Source: an uncultured Verrucomicrobiae bacterium
Lineage (GTDB): Bacteria > Verrucomicrobiota > Verrucomicrobiia > Limisphaerales > Palsa-1400
DNA: 64,000 bases
Reading direction: 5' to 3'
Assembly: GCA_963764165.1 (NCBI GenBank)
Contig: CAVXRD010000002.1
Span: 2,496,001-2,560,000, forward strand
Below the pieces are notes generated by a model, which saw only the letters and a program-made list of their open reading frames with translations, was not told the origin of the DNA and made no database searches. Shown piece by piece: positions 25,590 to 34,148 of the stretch; the first letter of the stretch is position 1, and every line of letters begins with the position of its first letter. A program made the position numbers and the translations under genes.

Positions 25590-26060
25590 GTGAACCTGCG
25601 CCCTTTCCAACCACCCGATTTGGATCAGGTCATCGGCGTGTACCGCGCCGCCATCCACACGCTTGCTGCGCCGTTTTACACGCGTGAGGAGTTGTCCGCC
25701 TGGGCGCCTCAACATATGGATGCCGACAAATGGCGGCAACGGCTTGCGAGCGTCCACGCGATCGTCGCGGACGCGGACGGCACAATCGCCGGTTTCCTGA
25801 CTTACGACATGACCGGACATATCGACATGCTATTCATACACCCGCGCTTTGCCCGCCAGGGACTTGCGACGCGGCTGTATCTCGACGCGGAGGCCGAATT
25901 GCGGAAGGCCCCAATATCAACGGTTTTCACCGAGGCGAGTCTTGCGGCGCGGCCTTTCTTTGAGCGCCACGGGTTTCAGGTTGATGCCGAGGAATTCTCC
26001 GAATGTCGCGGCCAGAAATTGCACCGCTTCAGGATGTCGAAGAAAATCGGTCCGACGTGA
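25590..26060 (+). CDS. GNAT acetyltransferase (YafP-like)
   Basis: Y..EELSAWAP, GHIDMLFIHPRFARQGLATRL and TEASLAARPFFERHGF. Confidence 0.9.
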   Translation: MNLRPFQPPDLDQVIGVYRAAIHTLAAPFYTREELSAWAPQHMDADKWRQRLASVHAIVADADGTIAGFLTYDMTGHIDMLFIHPRFARQGLATRLYLDAEAELRKAPISTVFTEASLAARPFFERHGFQVDAEEFSECRGQKLHRFRMSKKIGPT

Positions 26061-26130
26061 CCCACCCGCAGCCGTTCCAGCCGCGGCAGAGGGCGGGGCG
26101 ATCTATCCTGCTCGGCTCGCGGATGGTCTG

Positions 26131-26397
26131 TCACGCCACAGGCGAAATATCATCAAGCAACACCCACATGTGGTGCAAGTCCAGTTTGTCATTTTTGTGG
26201 CCCAGCCCGCAGAGACCGATGGTGCGAACATGGATGGCGGCGTAAGTCTCGTAGCTGGCGATAAACTCTTGCCAGACAGTTAGCGCGTCGCGCCAACTCT
26301 CAATCCATGTTTCAGGATAGCCCCGCTGCCGCTTCGCGGCGAAAGCGATATCGATCAATGACGCTGCCTCGTCCGGCTTGGCTCGCACGATCTGCAT
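26131..26397 (-). pseudogene. Truncated GNAT acetyltransferase
   Basis: MQIVRAKPDEAASLIDIAFAAKR..GYP..WIESW...LDLHHMWV, then a stop before the acetyl-CoA-binding G.G.G motif. Confidence 0.6.
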
Positions 26398-26448
26398 GAT
26401 GGAGAATTTAGCCTGACAATTACCCAACCGACCATCCGGTTCGCCCAT

Positions 26449-26643
26449 TTATTCGCCGAATTCATCGCGAAAGCTTGCCTTTCCAGCAAAATCGGTGAAA
26501 ACACTTTGAACCACGTCCTGCGCCAGGGGGGCGTCTCTATTGGCGATTTGCAACAGCGGCGCACAAACAAAGCTAAAATGGCGGTCCTCCAAAGCAGAAA
26601 GGGCTCCGGCAGAGCACGAATCTCTCCCTTTCCAACAAATCAC
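26449..26643 (-). pseudogene. Remnant of an ECF sigma factor (region 2 fragment)
   Basis: RHFSFV..PLLQIANRDAPLAQDVVQSVFTDFAGKA matches ECF region 2.1-2.2 and then degenerates. Confidence 0.5.
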
Positions 26644-26679
26644 GGCGGGTTTCTTACGGCGGCGGGGATATATTTACAG

Positions 26680-26949
26680 ATGATGAGCGATTTCGATTTG
26701 CTGGATCAATCTGCGCGGGAGAATCGGGAGGTTTATTCGGCCGCGTTGCGCCATGTGCGCTCACCCGAATTGGCTGAAGAGGCAACCCAGTCCGTCTTTT
26801 CCGATCTGGCAGGCAGCGCCAAGGGGCTGGAGCCCAAGACCATTTTGACGGCGTGGCTTTATCAAGTGACGCGGCGCACGGCAATTAACGTGGTCAGAGC
26901 GGAATCGCGCCGTCAGGTTGGAAGATATTTCCAAGACTTCCGCGCATGA
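26680..26949 (+). pseudogene. Truncated ECF sigma factor (region 2 only)
   Basis: MSDFDLL...VYSAALRHVRSPELAEEATQSVFSDLA..AKGL....ILTAWLYQVTRRTAINVVRAESRR. Region 4 is absent and there is an apparent internal deletion. Confidence 0.65.
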
Positions 26950-27138
26950 GTTTCACAAGCCCCCTGTGGCCAGCCAAATCCGTGCCGCTCGCTGCTGAAT
27001 TTGTTAAAATCACCCTGCGCCTCATTTTCCAGCACTCTCGCATTCTAGCCCGCGGGGATGTGGTACCGTCCGATTATTGGCCGGCTTGCCCGATAAGGCC
27101 CGGAAGCGATCCAATGGCAGCCCCACATGGATTATGAA

Positions 27139-27215
27139 TGGTGCATCCGGAGGGATTTGAACCCCCAACCTTCTGATCCGAAGTCAGAAGCTCTATCCAG
27201 TTGAGCTACGGATGC
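27139..27215 (-). tRNA. tRNA-Arg, anticodon UCG
   Basis: Reverse complement is GCATCCGTAGCTCAACTGGATAGAGCTTCTGACTTCGGATCAGAAGGTTGGGGGTTCAAATCCCTCCGGATGCACCA: acceptor stem GCATCCG/CGGATGC, anticodon loop CTTCGGA, encoded CCA. Confidence 0.97.
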
Positions 27216-27427
27216 TATTGATTACATGGCTTTATCGGCAGCCTTTCTGTAACAGACCCCGATGACAGCCTGTGAAAAGACTATATGGATTCGCCTGCCG
27301 GATGCAAGCATGACTGATGAGGCAAAACGGCTGCAGTTGGGCTTCGTGACGGTATTTCTGACAGTTGCGAAGGGTGATTTCAAAAAGCAATTCTTCGTAA
27401 AGCAAATATGTTGAATCGATTTGGTTT

Positions 27428-28126
27428 ATGCTCATCATGGATCCAATGGGAAATACGATGGAACGGCCCGATTCTGACAAAGTAAAGCCGACTCGTGCAG
27501 GCGGTTGGCGCGGCAAAATCCTTGGAGTGATTGCGATCACCCTGGTCGGGTGGGCCTTTTGCTATTTTACCTTCACACAGGGCCTGAGCCGTTTCAGCTA
27601 TGATTTTCCGATGCTTCTCGAACCGGAAACCGTGCCACACGAGGCAGTCATCGTTTACATGGATGATAAATCCAGGACTAATTTCAACCAGCCGTTGGAA
27701 GGGCTGTGGGACCGCGCGCTGCATGCGCGACTGCTAAAGAGGCTTACTTACCTTCACGCCCGGGCTGTCGCTTTCGATGTATTGATGGACAGGACATGGA
27801 CTAACGCGGTGGTGGATCAGGAGTTCGCCGAGGCCATCACAAACGCCATCACCAACCATGTGGATGTGGTTCTGGGAGCGGTACTGGATTCGCAGCTTCA
27901 GGAGGGTGGCGGCGCGGAATTATTGCAACCCGTTAATCCCATCGGCTCAGCGGCGCCTTGGGGCGAAGCAGGATTGTTGTGTCTGCCACTCTTTCCCGGA
28001 GATATGGAGATGGACCACGTTGTCCGTTCGACAGGTCTGTTACTCGAATTGTACCAACTTGGCGTGGCAGACGGCGGCCACCCTCGGCCTGGCTCCGCCA
28101 GACCCCGCCAAGGAGCGTTGGATTAA
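27428..28126 (+). CDS. CHASE2 domain, N-terminal part of a frameshifted CHASE2-Ser/Thr kinase
   Basis: TM helix, RFSYDFP, VIVYMDDKS, WDRALHARLL..L....ARAVAFDVL, DQEFAEAI and VVLGA. The homologous reading continues in the +1 frame from about 28029. Confidence 0.8.
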   Translation: MLIMDPMGNTMERPDSDKVKPTRAGGWRGKILGVIAITLVGWAFCYFTFTQGLSRFSYDFPMLLEPETVPHEAVIVYMDDKSRTNFNQPLEGLWDRALHARLLKRLTYLHARAVAFDVLMDRTWTNAVVDQEFAEAITNAITNHVDVVLGAVLDSQLQEGGGAELLQPVNPIGSAAPWGEAGLLCLPLFPGDMEMDHVVRSTGLLLELYQLGVADGGHPRPGSARPRQGALD

Positions 28127-29573
28127 CTATTACGGCCCGAAAGGAACGATACCGCATGTGCGTTACTGCACGGTTTTGGATGATACCGCCGCGCTGCACA
28201 TAGATGTCTCGAATAAAATTGTGTTTGTCGGAAAGCTCCGGTGGCCTACGTCTCAAGGCGATCAGATGCTATTTCCCGAACACCCAACGCGGTGGATGCT
28301 GTCCCAGTTCGGCGACGAATTCTCCACCCCTTTGTCAGGGTGGGAAGGCGGCCCCAGCCCTGGGGTCGAGATTCACGCCACAGCTTTTTTGAATCTGATT
28401 CGCGGGGACTGGATCTCCCGCCTTTCGGTGCCCGCGGAAATGGGGCTTATATTGCTATTTGGGGCTGCGCTTGGAACCGCGCTCCCCGGGAGGCAGGCCT
28501 CCGCGGCATTGCTCTTGAGCGCGGGCCTTTTCCTGGTGGCGTGCCTCGGCGGGATTCTCCTGGAACAAAAGGCGCACTATTGGTTTTCGTGGGCCTCAAT
28601 TGCATTTGTGGAAGTTCCGGCGGGTTTTGGCTGGTATGCGTTTGGCATTTTGCGCCGCAAGGCGCTTCCGCCAGAGCCGGCATCTCCGCCTCCGCCGGTC
28701 GTTTCGCCGCGGGAAGAAGCTATCGCTGTGCCGACGCCAGCGGAACCGCCTAAGCCTGAAATCCCTGACCACGAATTGTTGCGCGTCATTGGCCAGGGAA
28801 GTTTCGGCAGAGTGTGGCTGGCCAGGAACGTCGCTCTTAACACATTTCGCGCCGTCAAAGTTGTTTCGCGCTCGGCCTTCCAGAACACCGGTCCTTTCGA
28901 TCGTGAATTTCGCGGGATTCAAGCCTTTGAACCCATCTCGCGGCTGCATGAGGGGTTCGTCGACATTCTTCAAGTAGGCTACCGGGATGATGCCGGTTAC
29001 TTTTACTATGTGATGGAGCTGGCTGACGACCAACGAACCGGACAAAACATCAATCCCGCCAATTATGTCGCAAAAACGCTGGCCAGCGAGCGAACCAGGC
29101 TTAAGAAATTGCCCTACGAGGAATGCTTCCAAATTGGCGTAGCCCTTTGCGCGGCGCTGCAAAATCTCCATGATCGCGAACTGCTGCATCGCGACCTCAA
29201 GCCCTCGAATATTATCTTCGTCGAGAACACGCCCAAACTGGCGGACGTGGGTCTGGTCATCCCCGCTGGCGACGCCAAAACCATGGCTGGCACTCCCGGG
29301 TTCATGCCGAGGGATGGAGCTGGGACGTTCAGCGGGGATATTTACAGTCTTGGCAAGGTGCTTTACGAAATCAGCACTGGAAAGAGGGCCGACGAATATC
29401 CGTCGCTCCCCGATTCGATCGGCGGGCGCGCCGAGGCGGAGCAATTCAAGGCTATGAACAATATCATCCATAAAGCGTGCCACGAAACAGCGAAAAGCCG
29501 ATACCGGTCGGCGGCGGGGTTGCAAGTCGCGCTCAAACGCGCCGCCGGTCAATTGCATCGGAAACAAGAGTGA
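27858..29573 (+). CDS. CHASE2 C-terminal part, three TM helices and a Ser/Thr protein kinase (coding part from about 28029)
   Basis: WINYYGP, KIVFVG and PGVEIHATAFLNL (CHASE2); TM helices; Pro-rich linker; IGQGSFGRVW, AVK, HRDLKPSN, ADVGL, GTPGF and DIYSLG. Confidence 0.88.
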   Translation: MWMWFWERYWIRSFRRVAARNYCNPLIPSAQRRLGAKQDCCVCHSFPEIWRWTTLSVRQVCYSNCTNLAWQTAATLGLAPPDPAKERWINYYGPKGTIPHVRYCTVLDDTAALHIDVSNKIVFVGKLRWPTSQGDQMLFPEHPTRWMLSQFGDEFSTPLSGWEGGPSPGVEIHATAFLNLIRGDWISRLSVPAEMGLILLFGAALGTALPGRQASAALLLSAGLFLVACLGGILLEQKAHYWFSWASIAFVEVPAGFGWYAFGILRRKALPPEPASPPPPVVSPREEAIAVPTPAEPPKPEIPDHELLRVIGQGSFGRVWLARNVALNTFRAVKVVSRSAFQNTGPFDREFRGIQAFEPISRLHEGFVDILQVGYRDDAGYFYYVMELADDQRTGQNINPANYVAKTLASERTRLKKLPYEECFQIGVALCAALQNLHDRELLHRDLKPSNIIFVENTPKLADVGLVIPAGDAKTMAGTPGFMPRDGAGTFSGDIYSLGKVLYEISTGKRADEYPSLPDSIGGRAEAEQFKAMNNIIHKACHETAKSRYRSAAGLQVALKRAAGQLHRKQE

Positions 29574-29667
29574 CCTATCGAAATTTTTTGACTTGAGCTA
29601 TCTCCCGCAATTCCGTTACTATCGCAAAAGAAATTCAGTTCGACCTGGTTCAAATTGACCTACGATT

Positions 29668-30300
29668 ATGAGCGCATCGAAGAAAGCGGCTGAGATTATA
29701 CCCACCAACCCCAGCCTCCTGAACCGCATCAAGAATATAGAGGACAGCGCCAGTTGGCGGGAATTCTTTTCCATCTACCGGAATTTGATCTACGGAGTGG
29801 CCAAGAAGAGCGGCATGACTGACGAGGAAGCCGAAGACGTCGTGCAGGAGACCATGCTGGCCGCCGCCAAGCACATCAAGAATTTCCAATATGATTCATC
29901 CAGATCGTTCAAGGCTTGGCTCTTGGCAATAACCAAGACCAAGGTCGCGGACCAGTTCCGCGCCCGTCCGCCAGTTCAAATTTCCCAGCCGCGCCCCACT
30001 AGCCAGGCCAACCGCACGAAGACCGTGGAACGCATCCCGAATCCCACGGGCTACGACATAGACGCGCGATGGGAGGAAGAGTGGCGGTTGAATTTGCGGG
30101 ATGCCGCCCTGGCCGAGCTGCGCCATACTGTCAACGCCAAACAATTTCAATTGTTCGAAGCCCACGTTATCAAAGGCTGGCCGGTGGAAAAAGTGATGGG
30201 CGCCTTTGGCGTCACGGCCGATGTCGTCTATCAAAACAAAAAGCGGATGACTCCGAAGTTCCAGGAGAAAGTCTCCCGGCTCCAGGAACGGCTTCATTGA
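29668..30300 (+). CDS. ECF-type RNA polymerase sigma-70 factor
   Basis: TNPSLLNRIK...SWREFFSIYRNLIY..A...GM..EEAEDVVQE...FQYD..RSFKAWL...EEEW...FQLF...V...FGVT...VY..K.R. Confidence 0.92.
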   Translation: MSASKKAAEIIPTNPSLLNRIKNIEDSASWREFFSIYRNLIYGVAKKSGMTDEEAEDVVQETMLAAAKHIKNFQYDSSRSFKAWLLAITKTKVADQFRARPPVQISQPRPTSQANRTKTVERIPNPTGYDIDARWEEEWRLNLRDAALAELRHTVNAKQFQLFEAHVIKGWPVEKVMGAFGVTADVVYQNKKRMTPKFQEKVSRLQERLH

Positions 30301-30342
30301 ATCGGCAGCCGGCCGGAGGACTTTCCAACCGGCCAGCCAGGC

Positions 30343-31662
30343 TTACGGTCCAAGCTGGATGGCTTCAGCATTGGTTTTGGTCAGGACAAACCCGCCGCCA
30401 TTGGTGGCATTGAGCAGAATGACGCCGCGACCCGTCAGCTCTTTTGTCCCGCTGCCGATGTTTACTGTCAACAATCCTGTTTTGGGGTTCAGCGAGCCGC
30501 TCACGCTTCCTGAGCCGGACCTTTTGCTCACATTGAATTTGCCGCTGATGGCGACATCAAAGTTGCTGCGATCGGTGGCGGGGTCGTTGAAAAGGCCGAG
30601 AATCGCCAGATTAGTCATGGCCGCAAGAGTGCTGGCCGATGGGGGATTTGTCCAAGGCGACAACGCAACGAGGTTGGTGGCGGTGAAGGAGTTTCTAATC
30701 AAACCAGCGCCAGGGCGGGGATGAACCCAGACCAGACCCGTGCCGGGCTGGCTGTCGGGGTTCAGATTAATCCAGCCCATGAGTAGGCCTTTGTTGCCGT
30801 AAAGACTGGCGAAGATAGGAATATTGCCGTTTTGGGAAACAGGGACCACCTCGTTGAATGCCGTGCCATCGGCCAGCGTCCCGGCAATGGTGGCGCAGGC
30901 GCTGGCGGGGTCTTTGGTGGCGCCTGCGTAATTGGTAATCGACGCAAAACCGGCGCCGCCGGGCGAAGTGCCCGGCGCGCTGTTTGTGTCGGGCAGGATC
31001 AGCATGGTATACCGAGCTGAGGGCGCGTTGGGGGATCCCCGGTCGGCCGTCAGCGTGGCTACCCACGGCACATTCTCGTTCGTTCCAGAAACCGTCCCAA
31101 TGACCTCAGGCGGCGAATTATTCAAACTCAACAGTATCATGGCCACCGTCAGGTGGCCTCCTCCGCTGGCGGCGCGCAAGATATGATTGGTGGCCTGCCC
31201 CGTCAAACCAAAGCTGCCGCTTAAGGAATGGCTCGCGCCGTTGATGAAAACCGTGCCGGTGAACGCACCCTTCTGGCCGATGGATAGCTTCAGCCTGCCC
31301 GCGGTTTGTTCCGTCACTCCGCCGGCTGTCAGGAAAAGGCCGTTGTACGAGCCTGCCAGGGCGGTGTAGGGATTTGTCACAAAATTGGCCTCCAAAATGA
31401 GGTTGTTGGAAAAGTAAAAAGAAACGGCTGGGTTGGTGGATAGAAAGGTCATGCTGCCAACATTGGTGCCGCGGCTCCAATTGGCAAAAAGCCAGTTGGT
31501 TCCGTTCCCCACAGAGGCTGTGGCGGCATATTTGGCCCCCACTATCAATCGCGCGCCGTTGGTGGCTTTTCCCGCGCCCTTGATATTTCCCACGCCATTG
31601 GCAAGGAGCGTCAGCGTTCCGTAGCTCGGCGGAACAGCGTTGTTCGAAACTGTAGGCCCCAA
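30343..31662 (-). CDS. C-terminal part of a frameshifted LRR surface protein: InlB-B-like repeat plus conserved beta-rich domain
   Basis: Homologous to 46463-47785 and to the C-terminus of 34149-37799 (ANFVTNPY..LAGSYNGLF, GTLADG, LYGNKGLLMGWIN). Joins the upstream ORF at about 31648. Confidence 0.8.
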   Translation of the reverse strand: MGPTVSNNAVPPSYGTLTLLANGVGNIKGAGKATNGARLIVGAKYAATASVGNGTNWLFANWSRGTNVGSMTFLSTNPAVSFYFSNNLILEANFVTNPYTALAGSYNGLFLTAGGVTEQTAGRLKLSIGQKGAFTGTVFINGASHSLSGSFGLTGQATNHILRAASGGGHLTVAMILLSLNNSPPEVIGTVSGTNENVPWVATLTADRGSPNAPSARYTMLILPDTNSAPGTSPGGAGFASITNYAGATKDPASACATIAGTLADGTAFNEVVPVSQNGNIPIFASLYGNKGLLMGWINLNPDSQPGTGLVWVHPRPGAGLIRNSFTATNLVALSPWTNPPSASTLAAMTNLAILGLFNDPATDRSNFDVAISGKFNVSKRSGSGSVSGSLNPKTGLLTVNIGSGTKELTGRGVILLNATNGGGFVLTKTNAEAIQLGP

Positions 31663-34135
31663 CTGGATACGCGAATTGGTTCGCCTCTAGCTTCAAGGAT
31701 TGGTTGGAGGGCGTCGAATAACCATTGATGGGCTTGAACTCAATCACCACGTCGCTTGCCGCAACTGATTTGCTGGTTCCCGAGAAGCTATAGGAAGTCT
31801 CCCCTTGCAGGCGCCACCCAGCCCCTGCCTGCACTGCTGAGGCGGGTTTCAATTGGGCTTGCACATAAGCGGGATTGTTCGCGGTGACCTGGCCCGCTAA
31901 AATCTCACTCACGCCGCCGGAAGGAGAATCCTTTCGGGCGGTTGACGCTGCTGCCGGCGCATGTTTCAACTCACTCTCGCTGGGCCTGCTGTCTGTCTCG
32001 TTGCCGGCTGCGTTGGCTGCGTCATTGATGAGATGGGTGACATCGCTGTCAATGGCACGGACAGCCGAGGCAATCGGCACGAGTCCTTGGTAGACGGTTC
32101 CCACATAAATGGCTGCCGGATAATAGGCGCCATTGGACGATGCATAGAGTGCGCCTCCGTTATATCCGGGAAAACTTAGGAACGAGTCGGCCAGGTAAAC
32201 CTCCGCGGCGGCTGAGGGTTGATCGGTGGCTTGGCGGAGGGAATTTGTTTGCGGCAAAATCTCATACATGTACCCATTGGTAATGCCAGGTTCGCCAAAC
32301 TGCGACCCGTCCACGGGATAACCCACCAGCATTTTTTCGTTCGTGCTGGTCAGCCAGGGGTTCATTGGCGCGTCCGAAGCAAGATAACTGGTGCAGGCGC
32401 TTCCCGCCGTGGACGAAATAAAAAACAAGGCCGCCACATCGAAGTTACGTGATCCCGGACTTGATTGCCCCGGCGCCAGGCCGGCCTGGAGATCGCCGGT
32501 TCGTTGCGAAGCATAACCGCTAAGCACATACCAGCCCCGCGCCTGTAACGGGGCCGGCACGGACAGATTCGTCTCCTCCTGGGAAAACCAAGTCGCCTGG
32601 CTGGCGTAAGACAACGTCTGATCATTGAACACCACGTCCGCCGCCGTCAAAACCACATTGGGCAGCACGGCCACGCCGCTGCCATAGCCTGCGTCCGTTT
32701 GCAACTGCCCGTTGAACGCAAATGGAGCCTCGGCAATCTGGCCTGGGGGCACCGGCTTCGGCAGGCTAAAGTTGGCTGGCAGGTTGCTGGTCGTAACAGC
32801 CGGCAGGTAAGTTACCTGCCGCACCGTCGGCGTTCCAGGCGCGACCAGGACGGAAAGATTGGCAGGCGTGGCATAATGGCTGACCGGCGCGAAACCAATG
32901 AGATAGGTTCCTGGCGCCAAGCTGGCGCTGTAACCGGATGAAAAGGAAAACAGGTTGGTGGCGCCCACAAGCCCCCAGGCGGCTCCGGCCGGCGGGCTGG
33001 GGACAAAGTTTACCGTCAGCAATCCCATTGTGCTCACGTTAGTGGAGGCTATAATGGGAGAATAACAATTGGTGAGAAGCGTCGTCACCCCGCTGGTGAC
33101 GGCCACCAGTCCCGGATTGGTGGGAGCCAGGTAGCCCGGCGCCGTGCTGAATACCACGGAGTAATCCGCACCAGGAACCAGATTCGAGACGATAGAGCCG
33201 CTATTGCGCCAGGCCCCTTCCCAGGAAAATCGCCACTGTCCATTGGCGGAGGCAGGAAGAAGCGTGACCTGAATGGCGCCGGGCGCGTCCAATGGCACGG
33301 CGGGAAGACCCGCGAAAGAATTGCTCCAGCCCGTTGTTCCAAACAAATAATAGGCCGTTGCGTGATTGTCATCCGTGAAAACAGTCGCATCCGCAGCGGG
33401 CGCGCTGCCCTGAAAATAGACGCCGGACAGGCGGCCGCAGTCTTGGAACGCAGAGTCTCCAATGCTCGTGGCGCTGCTTGAGATCGTGACATTGGTCATG
33501 TTGGTGCAGCGATAAAACGCGTCGGCTCCGATGCTGGTGACGCTGTTGGGGATCACTACGCTGGCCAGGCTGTAACACTCCGTAAATGCATTGTTTCCGA
33601 TGCTGGTAACGCTGCTGGGGATAGTGATGCCGGCCAGGCTGTAGCATTCTGTAAACGCATATTCCTCAATTGTGGTGACGCCGTTGGGAATCGTGACGCT
33701 GACCAGATTGGTGCAGTCCTGAAACGTCAGTGATTGGACGCTGGTTACCAAGCTGGGGATCGCTACGCTGGTCAGACTGGAGCAGGCATAGAACGCAAGG
33801 TCTCCAATGCTGGCGATGCTGTTGGGGATCGTGACATTGGTCAGGCTGGAGCATCCATAAAACGCGTAGCCGCTGATGTTGGTGACGCCGTTCGGGATCG
33901 TGACGCTGGTTAAGCTCGTGTCATCGTAAAACGCATTCGTTCCGATGCTGATTACAGGCATGCCGCTAATGTTGGCTGGAATGACCACGGCCCAGGGAGG
34001 CCCGGCATAACCGGTGATGGTCAGGGTTCTGCCATCGGCGTTTGTCATGTACGTGAATTGGGCTTGCGCTTCCGCCGGCGATGCCAGCAGAAGCAGCAAG
34101 CCAAAAAGAACAAGCCATGTTCTTTTGACAGTCAT
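31118..34135 (-). CDS. Secreted BspA-type leucine-rich-repeat (LRR_5) protein with Ig-like modules and a degenerate trypsin-like domain; frameshifted at about 31648
   Basis: Signal peptide (KRTWLVLFGLLLLLASPAEAQA-Q); 23-aa repeats L.SVTIPNSVTSIG..AF..C; GSGVAVLPNVVLTAADVV...DVAAL...PGYNGGAL. Residues after GAYS are out of frame. Confidence 0.85.
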   Translation of the reverse strand: MTVKRTWLVLFGLLLLLASPAEAQAQFTYMTNADGRTLTITGYAGPPWAVVIPANISGMPVISIGTNAFYDDTSLTSVTIPNGVTNISGYAFYGCSSLTNVTIPNSIASIGDLAFYACSSLTSVAIPSLVTSVQSLTFQDCTNLVSVTIPNGVTTIEEYAFTECYSLAGITIPSSVTSIGNNAFTECYSLASVVIPNSVTSIGADAFYRCTNMTNVTISSSATSIGDSAFQDCGRLSGVYFQGSAPAADATVFTDDNHATAYYLFGTTGWSNSFAGLPAVPLDAPGAIQVTLLPASANGQWRFSWEGAWRNSGSIVSNLVPGADYSVVFSTAPGYLAPTNPGLVAVTSGVTTLLTNCYSPIIASTNVSTMGLLTVNFVPSPPAGAAWGLVGATNLFSFSSGYSASLAPGTYLIGFAPVSHYATPANLSVLVAPGTPTVRQVTYLPAVTTSNLPANFSLPKPVPPGQIAEAPFAFNGQLQTDAGYGSGVAVLPNVVLTAADVVFNDQTLSYASQATWFSQEETNLSVPAPLQARGWYVLSGYASQRTGDLQAGLAPGQSSPGSRNFDVAALFFISSTAGSACTSYLASDAPMNPWLTSTNEKMLVGYPVDGSQFGEPGITNGYMYEILPQTNSLRQATDQPSAAAEVYLADSFLSFPGYNGGALYASSNGAYYPAAIYVGTVYQGLVPIASAVRAIDSDVTHLINDAANAAGNETDSRPSESELKHAPAAASTARKDSPSGGVSEILAGQVTANNPAYVQAQLKPASAVQAGAGWRLQGETSYSFSGTSKSVAASDVVIEFKPINGYSTPSNQSLKLEANQFAYPVGAYSFEQRCSAELRNADAPCQWRGKYQGRGKSHQRRAIDSGGQICRHSLCGERNQLAFCQLEPRHQCWQHDLSIHQPSRFFLLFQQPHFGGQFCDKSLHRPGRLVQRPFPDSRRSDGTNRGQAEAIHRPEGCVHRHGFHQRREPFLKRQLWFDGAGHQSYLARRQRRRPPDGGHDTVEFE

Positions 34136-34148
34136 GCTGCCGTATGTT

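Noticed and set aside
21077..27139. Prophage or integrative element at tRNA-Arg
   Set aside because: No integrase, transposase, phage gene or att repeat detected.
30305..30340. GGCCGG...CCGGCC hairpin between convergent genes as an intrinsic terminator
   Set aside because: Imperfect stem, long loop and no U-tract on either strand.
31118..31645. Last ~175 aa of the 1024-aa ORF as a real domain
   Set aside because: Out-of-frame read-through after the frameshift; the overlapping frame matches the paralogs.
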